Below, one piece after another: positions 51,826-59,922 of a stretch of 64,000 nt of DNA. A model generated the notes under the pieces. That model had not been told where the DNA came from. It searched no databases and saw only the letters and a program-made list of their open reading frames with translations. Source of the stretch: an uncultured Gammaproteobacteria bacterium (lineage in GTDB: Bacteria > Patescibacteriota > Patescibacteriia > UBA9934); assembly GCA_964599455.1 (NCBI GenBank), contig CAZREA010000001.1, forward strand, positions 71,687 to 135,686. Direction: 5' to 3'. Both the position numbers and the translations under genes were made by a program. Position 1 is the first letter of the stretch. Every line of letters begins with the position of its first letter.

Positions 51826-52659
51826 ATGATTATGAATATCAAGCATTTTTACGAAAAATCACAAGGGGAGATAGTCGAGCTATTTCGTGATTTTATCGTG
51901 ACCGACATGTTCGAGCAGTATCCAAAGCTGAAAGACAAGATCAGCTTGATTATCACGGGATCCGTTCCTTCTGATCACTACGACCAATACAGCGACATCG
52001 ATTGCGAGTTCTTTTATGTAGAGGAGTCGGATCGGGAAACGATGAACGCAATAGTAAAGGAATACAAAAAGAGTATTCATGAGCGGAAGCTACCAATCCA
52101 GTTTCATCCCGCAAAGACGTTTGAGGAGCTTCGAAAAGAGCATCTCAATGGGTGGAAAAATGATGACGCCCTGCGGGAGTACTCGATTGCACTCGTGGTA
52201 CTTGATCCAGAAGATCGCTATAAGAAAATCGCATCGACGATTCAGTGGTATCCCGAAGATGTTTTGAGTGAAAAAATCAACTGGCTTTTTGCCGAGTCCA
52301 TTTTTCATTTTGAAGATAGATTCGTTATCGCCGCCAGACGAGAAAATGCTCTCTACGCACATTCTGTGCGCTCCCACATCATCAAGCTACTCGGTAACGC
52401 ATTACTCATGACGGGCGGGCATTGGCCTGTTTTTGAAAAGCATCTTTCGACCGAGCTGAATACGTACGGTGAAAAGGACTTTTGTCTTGCAGTGAGTGAT
52501 TTGTTGGTGACAACAGATTTGGGGGAGATGCAAGCGAAGCTGAAAAAAGTCATCGCCTTGGTCGAGGATCGTTTATTGCGAGATGGACGGATTGAAAATA
52601 AAGCATCCGAGCAATGGATTTTGTTACGACCGAAATATCAGGTCGAGCATTGTCGTTGA
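51826..52659 (+). CDS. Pol-beta-superfamily nucleotidyltransferase (ANT(4')/Lnu-like)
   Basis: IITGSVPSDHYDQYSDIDCEFF matches the minimal NTase signature GS-x(9-13)-[DE]h[DE]h (compare kanamycin NTase GVYGSLGRQTDGPYSDIEMMCV). A roughly 180-aa helical C-terminal domain follows. Confidence 0.6.
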   Translation: MIMNIKHFYEKSQGEIVELFRDFIVTDMFEQYPKLKDKISLIITGSVPSDHYDQYSDIDCEFFYVEESDRETMNAIVKEYKKSIHERKLPIQFHPAKTFEELRKEHLNGWKNDDALREYSIALVVLDPEDRYKKIASTIQWYPEDVLSEKINWLFAESIFHFEDRFVIAARRENALYAHSVRSHIIKLLGNALLMTGGHWPVFEKHLSTELNTYGEKDFCLAVSDLLVTTDLGEMQAKLKKVIALVEDRLLRDGRIENKASEQWILLRPKYQVEHCR

Positions 52660-52671
52660 GAAAAACCATCT

Positions 52672-53214
52672 ATGCATCCAGCTGAACCACAGAGCGAGTT
52701 ATTGCAGTGTTTCGATGAGCAGGGTCTTCCTACCGAAGTGCACACGAGAAGCGAAGTAAAAATGATGCCACCACGCTGGTGGTACGCCACGAGTAAAGTA
52801 TGGCTCGTGAACGATCACGGTGAACTCATGTGTTCGAAACGTGCGGAGGGTCTTTCTGGAAATCCAAATAAGTGGCAAACGTATTTCGGGGGTCATGTGG
52901 CGGCGGGACTCACGATCAAAGAGTCGGCGCAGAGAGAGCTTGAGGAAGAAGCGGGCGTTGTTCGGCCTCTTGAGGACTTTCATTTTATTGATCGTGGTCG
53001 AGATGACATAAAGAAGGTGCATTACGAGTTTTACGCCGTGCGTTTCAATGGTCAGCCATCGGATCTTCACTTTTCTGATAACGAGGTCACCGAAGCGAAA
53101 TGGATGAGCATGGAGAAATACTGGTCTGATCAAGCGGCAAATTCTGACCGTTGGTGCAACGGCTGTACGCCTGAACGACAACAGTTGATCTGTGATTGGT
53201 TGAAAGCCGTCTGA
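52672..53214 (+). CDS. Nudix hydrolase
   Basis: Nudix box GGHVAAGLTIKESAQRELEEEAGV, which has the same 13-residue spacing as MutT (GGKIEMGETPEQAVVRELQEEVGI). Confidence 0.75.
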   Translation: MHPAEPQSELLQCFDEQGLPTEVHTRSEVKMMPPRWWYATSKVWLVNDHGELMCSKRAEGLSGNPNKWQTYFGGHVAAGLTIKESAQRELEEEAGVVRPLEDFHFIDRGRDDIKKVHYEFYAVRFNGQPSDLHFSDNEVTEAKWMSMEKYWSDQAANSDRWCNGCTPERQQLICDWLKAV

Positions 53215-53705
53215 TGGGCGGGGTATCTATGCCTATTGTTTTCACAATACATCCCGCTTTGGAAACCGCTTCGTTGCCCAGCGTTAGCGAAGTGAGTTCG
53301 GTTGCGCTTATTGCGTTGAACCAGCATGGCGAAATACTAGTCACTCACCATAAAGAGCGAGGTTGGGATATTCTTGGTGGTCACGTCGAAAATGGGGAAA
53401 GTATTATTGAGGCGTTACAGCGTGAGGTACTCGAGGAGGCGGGGGCGACATTCGGAAAAGCGACCTTGATTGCAACAATCGCCTCTGATGCAACCGAGGA
53501 GAAATACCGTGGGAAATCGATGCTCATTTTTGTAACGAACGATTTTCAGCTGACCGAACAGTGGCGACCGTCTGATGATGTTTCGGATCGAGCGATTATC
53601 AGCGCTGACGAGATGCTCAAGGGATATCACGGTGATAAAGGCGGCATGATCGAGTTACTGAATCTGGCCGCAAGACGTTTGGGATTATCTGCAAGACATC
53701 TATGA
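53196..53705 (+). CDS. Nudix hydrolase
   Basis: Canonical Nudix box GGHVENGESIIEALQREVLEEAGA. It overlaps the upstream Nudix gene by 19 nt. Confidence 0.8.
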   Translation: MVESRLMGGVSMPIVFTIHPALETASLPSVSEVSSVALIALNQHGEILVTHHKERGWDILGGHVENGESIIEALQREVLEEAGATFGKATLIATIASDATEEKYRGKSMLIFVTNDFQLTEQWRPSDDVSDRAIISADEMLKGYHGDKGGMIELLNLAARRLGLSARHL

Positions 53706-54484
53706 GCATATTCAACCCAGAACTGCGTGAAAACCGTGAATCAAAATGGGAGGAAAATCGATTCTCTCCCGACCTTCAGAAGAAGCTATTGAAGGCGCTT
53801 GATGATGGTAAGGATCGATTCCCTGATATTGTTCAGTGTCCCAACCAAACATGTGGAAACCCTTTGAAAATAGAGATGCAAAAGGATGCTATCTTGGTAC
53901 ATTGCACTAACTGTGGTTGGGAAAGCGTCGTGAGGAGGATTTCGGCATCGAGCTTACGGAAAGATCGTAAATATAGCATCGTGCCTTATCAGCCAAGTTG
54001 GGCGACTGACTTCGAAACTGTCAAAAAGCAGATCGCTCCAGTATTTGGTGATCGAGCCGTTGAGATAATGCATGTTGGAAGTACGGCGATCGTCGGCATG
54101 AGTGGGAAACCCACCATCGATGTACTTGTAATCGTAAACGCCATTACAGGGGTGGACGATTTGAACGGAGCGATGTCTGAACTGGGCTACATCGCACTTG
54201 GTGAATATGTCGCCCCGAATGGCCGACTATTTGCAAAGGAGGTGAATAACGAGCGCTTGGTCAACGTGCATTGTTTTGAGAAAGATCATCCGCATGCGCA
54301 AGAAATGATCGTGATGCGTGACTTCTTGCAAAGCCATCCCGACGAGGCAAAGGCATACGCCGATTTGAAGATCCGCCTGTACGAACAGTACCCTGACGAT
54401 TATCAGGCATACCGACATGTCAAAGATCCATATTTGGCAGAAATGAAAATACGAGCAATGGAATGGGGGCGTACCCATCGCTAA
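53702..54484 (+). CDS. Zn-ribbon / GrpB-family (nucleotidyltransferase-fold) fusion protein
   Basis: The N-terminus has a CPNQTCGN...CTNCGW zinc ribbon. The C-terminus has HVGSTAIVGMSGKPTIDVLV, the GrpB/UPF0157 motif. It has an ATGA overlap with the upstream gene. Confidence 0.65.
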   Translation: MSIFNPELRENRESKWEENRFSPDLQKKLLKALDDGKDRFPDIVQCPNQTCGNPLKIEMQKDAILVHCTNCGWESVVRRISASSLRKDRKYSIVPYQPSWATDFETVKKQIAPVFGDRAVEIMHVGSTAIVGMSGKPTIDVLVIVNAITGVDDLNGAMSELGYIALGEYVAPNGRLFAKEVNNERLVNVHCFEKDHPHAQEMIVMRDFLQSHPDEAKAYADLKIRLYEQYPDDYQAYRHVKDPYLAEMKIRAMEWGRTHR

Positions 54485-54640
54485 ACGCAATCTGCCACTG
54501 TGAGCTTGGGAATGTGAATGTACCCTTTGTGCTCACGAATAGCGGTTCCGATGTCGTTTGCGATGTGGAGCCAACAGGACTTGAACTAGAAATGGTTCAA
54601 GTTTTGTTTTACATTAGAAAAAAGATGGGTTCTGACCACT

Positions 54641-55318
54641 ATGGAAATCAATCATCAAAAAATATTAAAAGATTTCATCTCGCACCTAGATAAGTATATT
54701 GCGCTCCTTGAAAAAGGATCATCATCCACCATCGATATCCCCGATGACCTAGATGTAAAGCAAATTTACAGAATATTTCTTAGGAGATTTCGATCAAATC
54801 TTTACGCTTTATTATCACTCGAAGATCCTTTAATATTCGCCCTTCTGCAGCGGTATAATCATGAAATGTTATTAGATTTTTATTTTCTATGTTCTGATAA
54901 AGATGAAGAAAAGCGAGCGAAGAATTTCAAAAAGTTTTCATCATTTCCAAAAGAAATTCCAGAAGAAATAAAATCAAAAAAATGGAAAAAGTGGGGTGGT
55001 TACGATACATCTTATAAAGAGATATTCATGCCACCTTGGACTGGTAGTCAAGATTCTTTCGAAAATATTTATAAACATCTGAGCAATCTAGCTCATTCGA
55101 ATATTCTATCTATCACCCTCAACGTTCTTGATAATGACGCTAAAAGAAGCCGTAAAGTTATAACCGAAGCAATTTTTCTCTGTATTTTTGAGATAGCCAC
55201 ATGTCTCGATTACTATGGCTTTAGAATAATACTCGGCCCGAATGATTTAAATGATGATTTATATTCTGCTAATTTAGACTTTCAACACCAAGCAGGCCTC
55301 ATGCTAATCTCAGATTAG
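54641..55318 (+). CDS. hypothetical protein (AT-rich compositional outlier)
   Basis: 225-aa Lys/Asn/Ile-rich ORF in a segment visibly more AT-rich than anything else in the window. No motif recognised. Confidence 0.4.
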   Translation: MEINHQKILKDFISHLDKYIALLEKGSSSTIDIPDDLDVKQIYRIFLRRFRSNLYALLSLEDPLIFALLQRYNHEMLLDFYFLCSDKDEEKRAKNFKKFSSFPKEIPEEIKSKKWKKWGGYDTSYKEIFMPPWTGSQDSFENIYKHLSNLAHSNILSITLNVLDNDAKRSRKVITEAIFLCIFEIATCLDYYGFRIILGPNDLNDDLYSANLDFQHQAGLMLISD

Positions 55319-55353
55319 CTATCGAGGAATAATTCATAATCCATCCTTTCCAA

Positions 55354-55390
55354 TCCACCATTCTGAACCCATCCAGTATTCGGAGCCACA
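55354..55390. repeat. direct repeat copy 2 (about 37 bp)
   Basis: tccaccattctgaacccatccagtattcggagccaca; see copy 1. Confidence 0.75.
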
Positions 55391-55581
55391 GAAATCTCTC
55401 GCATTTCACGAGGGATTTTTGTATTTTCAAGTCCCTCCCCGGGCGGGTACAGAACTTGATTTCCCTTAACCCCCAGAGCGATTTTTTAGGAGGTCGTACG
55501 AGCACCCGGGTCACATGGCAAAATGAGACAAATGAGACACAAAAACGGGGTGTGTCTCAAGTTAAAATTAACCCAGATTTT

Positions 55582-56091
55582 ATGCGCACAAAACGCGAAC
55601 AGATCGAATCTTTCAAGGAACTTTGGAAGAAAGAGTACGACCAAGATTTAACCGACGATCAGGCGTTGGAGTATTCCGAGAATCTCCTGGGACTTTACCG
55701 AACTTTGCTCGACGTTCATGTAAGGATGGAACAGTGGAAGGAGCGGCTTATCAAAGAGCCCGATGGATTCGCGGTGACCAATCAGGGTACTTATTCGTGT
55801 GCCGTTTGTTCGCAGCACATGTTCAACGATGAGGGCTGGTATGACCAATTCGGCATTAAGTGCCCTGTTTGCCAGAAGGCCGTGAAGGAAGGCGTGATCC
55901 CCGGAGAAGTCGCCTGCAAGTCCGATACCTGGTTATCATCGGATGATCTCAAAAAGAAGTTCGGTTGGCACCATACGACTGTCGCCAAGAAAGTGCGGAA
56001 CGGCGAGCTCAAGGCGCGGCAGATCAAGAATGGCGAGCATCATTGGTTCTATGTGTTTTTGAAGGAAGAAAATCCGGACATTAGCCAATAG
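55582..56091 (+). CDS. hypothetical Zn-ribbon protein with C-terminal HTH-like segment
   Basis: The sequence CAVCSQH...CPVCQK forms four Cys. The C-terminal LSSDDLKKKFGWHHTTVAKKVRNGELKARQI is HTH_17-like. The start is uncertain (ATG 55582 chosen; the longest ORF starts at 55456). It converges on, and overlaps, the CD-NTase 3' end. Confidence 0.4.
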   Translation: MRTKREQIESFKELWKKEYDQDLTDDQALEYSENLLGLYRTLLDVHVRMEQWKERLIKEPDGFAVTNQGTYSCAVCSQHMFNDEGWYDQFGIKCPVCQKAVKEGVIPGEVACKSDTWLSSDDLKKKFGWHHTTVAKKVRNGELKARQIKNGEHHWFYVFLKEENPDISQ

Positions 56092-57442
56092 GTACATTGA
56101 CACTGCCTTTTCCAACAAGCATTCCCGTAGAATTCTCAACTAAGTATGCCTCTACATAATGAGCGCCCGAATAAGAAGTCGTCTCCTTTTTGCGATACGA
56201 ACCTTGGTCACGAGTAATCTCTCCACGAAGTTGCCCCTTCGCGCGAGCCTCTTCGCCCGTGTTGCGCACCTTCCAATAAAGAGTATGACGCGATTTATCG
56301 ATATTTCTCGGTGGCTTCACGAAGAATTGAAGAGTGGCATTCTTCAACAGCATGTTACCGATCATTGAGAGTCGCTTTCCAAGAAACTTCATACGCTTGA
56401 TGTCTGCATCGACCACCAAAACAAGTAGAACAGGAGCGGTTCCACTGATGTAGTTCTCGATAAAGTCTTCTTGAACCGAGGGAAAACGAACAGCAACGGC
56501 GAATGGCGAAATAGACAGCAAGGGAGACGCTGCCTTTCCAATGACACACTCGTCGCCAAAGATGTCAATCATTTCGGCTTCAAAGTCCTCATCGCTGGAA
56601 GTCAGAGCATCAAGAATTCTTGATGAGTATCCATCAAATTTCTCTCGGAAATTTTCGTATTCCTCCTGTGTCCAGTGACGGGAGGTGAATTTCTCGCTCA
56701 TCAATGCTGGATTGTATACATCCGGCATGTCCTGGTTAGCCTGAAGATATCCGTTCAATCGTGAGAGGATGGTTTTACAAGTGGTTGCGAGATCCGCATA
56801 CAGGCGCTGGTCATCGGCATGATTAACCTGCAGGCCGAGTAATGTCGTTAATACTATAGACTTTACCTTGAATGTACCCTTGTAATCGCGAAGGTATTTT
56901 ACGAGACGAACTACTTTAGAGAGATTTCCGTTAGTGATTGCATTTTGTGAGGCAAACCACTCTGCATACCCGTCTCCATCCGTAGGTTCAGATTGGTTTG
57001 TATTCTTGTTAAAGATAACCTTCTGGGATCCAACCTGCACACAAGGGACGATATCGATATGAAAATCGCTTTCGTAATCCAGTGTTACGCAACGAGTCTT
57101 ACCTCGTCGGTCTACGATGTCGCGATAACGATCCATGCCGTAGAAAAAATCGTGTAGGTGCTTAAGGTAATCCTTCGGCTCCCACCCAGCGACTTCCTTC
57201 TGTATAAACAGCAGGTCAAGGTCGAAATCGTCATCTTCGGCAACAGGCCGAATGGCCGTGTCATTGCGAAATGACCCTTGCGGAACCAAATCGACGAAAA
57301 GATCCTTATAAGGATCGTTATTCTGAAGAAGGCCGGTGACAACCTCGATTCCTTTGTGAATGCGCTCAACGCGATTTTCATTCAGGGATACGCAGTCACT
57401 CACAAAGGATTCAAGACAGTCATTGATTTCTTTCTGTGCCAT
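56081..57442 (-). CDS. SMODS-domain cGAS/DncV-like nucleotidyltransferase (CD-NTase) with C-terminal extension
   Basis: The sequence VPQGSFRNDTAIRPVAEDDDFDLDLLF matches the CD-NTase GS-x4-TA[IL]-x-[DE]h[DE]h pattern. A third acidic motif, DFHIDIVPCV (hDhVP), lies about 60 aa later. A roughly 150-aa C-terminal region of unknown fold follows. Confidence 0.6.
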   Translation of the reverse strand: MAQKEINDCLESFVSDCVSLNENRVERIHKGIEVVTGLLQNNDPYKDLFVDLVPQGSFRNDTAIRPVAEDDDFDLDLLFIQKEVAGWEPKDYLKHLHDFFYGMDRYRDIVDRRGKTRCVTLDYESDFHIDIVPCVQVGSQKVIFNKNTNQSEPTDGDGYAEWFASQNAITNGNLSKVVRLVKYLRDYKGTFKVKSIVLTTLLGLQVNHADDQRLYADLATTCKTILSRLNGYLQANQDMPDVYNPALMSEKFTSRHWTQEEYENFREKFDGYSSRILDALTSSDEDFEAEMIDIFGDECVIGKAASPLLSISPFAVAVRFPSVQEDFIENYISGTAPVLLVLVVDADIKRMKFLGKRLSMIGNMLLKNATLQFFVKPPRNIDKSRHTLYWKVRNTGEEARAKGQLRGEITRDQGSYRKKETTSYSGAHYVEAYLVENSTGMLVGKGSVNVPIG

Positions 57443-57447
57443 ATAGA

Positions 57448-58590
57448 TTAGTTAAGAGTAATCGTTGGTCGGTATTCACCATCAACAAGATCGTGAATCA
57501 CCACTTTAGGAGCGACATCGCGAAGAAGCTCTCGACCGCAGATGATGGCGATCGGTGCAGGAACCGCGAGAAAGAAGTGCACTTTCTCAACATTTCTATG
57601 ACGTGATTCAAGCAGCGACAAAAATTCCTGGAAAGTGTTCCGGAAGTTTTCCAATGTCTTTGGTGAACGTAGGAGTGTTCTGCTCGGCGGCACATCAATT
57701 GGTTCGATCTGGTAGACGATTCCGCCACCCATCGATTTCTCGACCTTATCAACCTCACCTCCGCTGATTGAAGCAAGGAATGCTATTTTGTTGCCACTCT
57801 GTTTTCCGTGCTGGGAAATTTTAAACTTCACCTCAGCACCATCTTCCGGCCAGATCCATCCCTCACCGTCATCTCTATGCTTTTGATAAAGGCTGATCGG
57901 GACTTTGTCACCAAGGTGATAACCGAAGAAACAAAGAAGTGGAATGCGGGCAAGTGAAAACACAGAAAGACGCTCGATATCCCCGCGCTCGATTTGTGGC
58001 AGGATTTGCTCTTGCAGTACGGTCTTGATCTTAGCAGTACCCGCCTTCCAGTAATCCCTGTCGCCGGTATCCGCGATTTTTCCGAGGTCAATGTCGATTA
58101 TTCGCTGGTCGGTATAGCGTTTTTCATGCTTAAACACCGCCGGGTACACCTCACTGTCTGACATCTTTGTGAGATTTCCCCTGACTTGTCCCAACAAACG
58201 GATTACGTGCGTTTTCGCTGTTGCCGGAATACTTGTCAAAAGTGTCATGCGATCTTCGTGCTTCTGTTTCCACTCCCGAAGAAGATCGACTGGAAAATCG
58301 GGGACATGTTTCTTCTTATCTATAAGCGCATGATGCTTGGTGCACATCAGCATCAAGTTTTCCGGTTCAGACCGCTTTTTCATTGGCAGTGGGTGATCTC
58401 CTCGAGGTCCCTTGCGTGAATCTCCGACAATGTGCGCAATATTTCCAAGTCGTGCTTTTTTATGAGTCAGCGATTCAACCATGACCCCCTCGGGGCAGCC
58501 GTAAAACGAGCAGCGACCAGCGGCTGCAACGTATACTTCAAGAATGGTTGCCTCGGAAATCGCTGGCGCTTTTTCTTCTCTTTTTGCCAT
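57448..58590 (-). CDS. Cap5-like CBASS effector (N-terminal HNH endonuclease + C-terminal SAVED-like domain)
   Basis: The N-terminus has HNH motif elements (CSFYGC..., NIAHIVGDS, ENLMLMCTKHHALID). The roughly 260-aa C-terminal remainder has the size of a SAVED sensor domain. It sits 5 nt upstream of the CD-NTase gene. Confidence 0.6.
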   Translation of the reverse strand: MAKREEKAPAISEATILEVYVAAAGRCSFYGCPEGVMVESLTHKKARLGNIAHIVGDSRKGPRGDHPLPMKKRSEPENLMLMCTKHHALIDKKKHVPDFPVDLLREWKQKHEDRMTLLTSIPATAKTHVIRLLGQVRGNLTKMSDSEVYPAVFKHEKRYTDQRIIDIDLGKIADTGDRDYWKAGTAKIKTVLQEQILPQIERGDIERLSVFSLARIPLLCFFGYHLGDKVPISLYQKHRDDGEGWIWPEDGAEVKFKISQHGKQSGNKIAFLASISGGEVDKVEKSMGGGIVYQIEPIDVPPSRTLLRSPKTLENFRNTFQEFLSLLESRHRNVEKVHFFLAVPAPIAIICGRELLRDVAPKVVIHDLVDGEYRPTITLN

Positions 58591-58591
58591 A

Positions 58592-59266
58592 CTAACTCCA
58601 GTTCACGGTCGGTTTTTTAAGAACGAACTTTACCTCACCTGCCACGAAGAATTTATCGGAGTCTTCCGGATGAAGAAAGATTGGCGGGTTAGGTTCTGTG
58701 GATTCCGAGAGAAGCGCGATCTCCCCCGTCTGGTCGTTCTTGGAGAATCGCTTGATGTTCGCCAGACCTTCGAGCACAGCGACGATGTAGGAACCCGACT
58801 CCGGATTGCGCTTGGTGGAGTCGATGATGACGTAGTCGCCGTCCTCGATGCTGTTCTTGCGATCTCCCGCCTTTGCAGCGTTCATGGAGTTGCCGCTTGC
58901 GCGAAGGGCGAACAGCTTCTTTCCCGGATGGACGAGCTTCGCTGAGACCTGAAGGAAGCCTTCCACCACGTCTTCCGCGTACAGACTTGCGGGACCGCAG
59001 TTTGCGGCACCAAGGATCGGGATGGAGTTCAGAGAAAGATTGTCACCGCGGTCATCAAGTGCAGTCACGACACCGCCCTCTCCCTTTTTAAGATGCCCCG
59101 ACGCGTAAAGCTGGGAAAGGTGATAGCTCACGCCGCTTGGGTTCTTGATACCAACGGCGTCCCCAATCTGCTGGAGGGACATATCGCCCAAGTTCCGGCT
59201 ACGGGCGAGGGCAAGAAGTTTGCGTTTTGTCTCATGCATACGGGTAAATACTAGCTTGCTTTGCAA
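58592..59266 (-). CDS. LexA/CI-like S24-family repressor
   Basis: The N-terminus has a winged HTH (LQQIGDAVGIKNPSGVSYHLSQL). The C-terminal S24 peptidase domain has the Ser nucleophile in ASGNSM and the Lys in LANIKRF. Its stop lies 1 nt before the Cap5-like start. Confidence 0.8.
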   Translation of the reverse strand: MQSKLVFTRMHETKRKLLALARSRNLGDMSLQQIGDAVGIKNPSGVSYHLSQLYASGHLKKGEGGVVTALDDRGDNLSLNSIPILGAANCGPASLYAEDVVEGFLQVSAKLVHPGKKLFALRASGNSMNAAKAGDRKNSIEDGDYVIIDSTKRNPESGSYIVAVLEGLANIKRFSKNDQTGEIALLSESTEPNPPIFLHPEDSDKFFVAGEVKFVLKKPTVNWS

Positions 59267-59296
59267 ATCCTTTCAAGTCCTGTAATATTGCGGTAT

Positions 59297-59830
59297 ATGC
59301 CAGCAAAAATAAGATTCCTTAATCCGGTGTGGCGAGAAATGGCCGAACTAGCTCTTCAAGAGCAGACAGAGCGTGTGAGGGAGCTAGGAGCATCCATGCG
59401 TGACCACGCGGAAATCAGTCGTACCCTTCTTTCCGCATCATCGTTCAATGGAATAAAGGGCTCTGAAGACCGAATAGCTGAGCGTGTGACGAACAGCCTG
59501 ACCGACCTCTTTGTGACTGCAGGTGGTGCCGATCGTGTCGTCTTCGTCGTCTCGGATAATACTTTGCGGCGCTGGCCATCCACCGCAACGGGAATGCTGC
59601 TCAGTGCGCAACGCAGGAAGTTGATCGAGTCCCTATCTCACGAATTTACTTCTCCAAAAACTCTGGCAGCACGTTCGGGTTTTAAGAATGCTGTCGGCGT
59701 GCAACAGGCGGTAGCAAAGATCAAGCGCAAATTTCAAGCGACGTTCGGATTGTCGACACCTTTCATTGAAGGACGGGAGGGCTACGGATACAGACTCGCC
59801 GAAGCATACAGCCTGATCGACACCGCTTAA
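59297..59830 (+). CDS. hypothetical regulator with OmpR-type winged-helix C-terminus
   Basis: It is divergent from the S24 repressor. The C-terminus PFIEGREGYGYRLAE resembles the trans_reg_C wing. The start is moved to MPAKIRF. Confidence 0.4.
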   Translation: MPAKIRFLNPVWREMAELALQEQTERVRELGASMRDHAEISRTLLSASSFNGIKGSEDRIAERVTNSLTDLFVTAGGADRVVFVVSDNTLRRWPSTATGMLLSAQRRKLIESLSHEFTSPKTLAARSGFKNAVGVQQAVAKIKRKFQATFGLSTPFIEGREGYGYRLAEAYSLIDTA

Positions 59831-59856
59831 CCCAACATCCTGCGGACAAGGTTTGG

Positions 59857-59885
59857 AAACAGCCGAAAAGACGGCTGTTTTTTGT
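59857..59885 (+). terminator. rho-independent terminator
   Basis: aaacagccg-aaaaga-cggctgttt followed by TTTTG. Confidence 0.65.
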
Positions 59886-59922
59886 ATTGGAGCGGAGGCT
59901 CGGGTTAATCGACGGTTAAGCG

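Noticed and set aside
55299-55514. 71-aa minus-strand ORF (MTRVLV...) sharing the peptide WLRILDGFRMVDW with the C-terminus of the recombinase-like gene
   Set aside because: The shared peptide is simply the translation of direct-repeat copy 2. The ORF is treated as an artefact of the repeated DNA rather than a gene.
59267-59330. SOS/LexA box upstream of the S24 repressor
   Set aside because: Only an 8-bp palindrome, TTTGCAAA, is present. There is no match to CTGT-N8-ACAG or CGAACnnnnGTTCG consensus boxes, so no operator is called.
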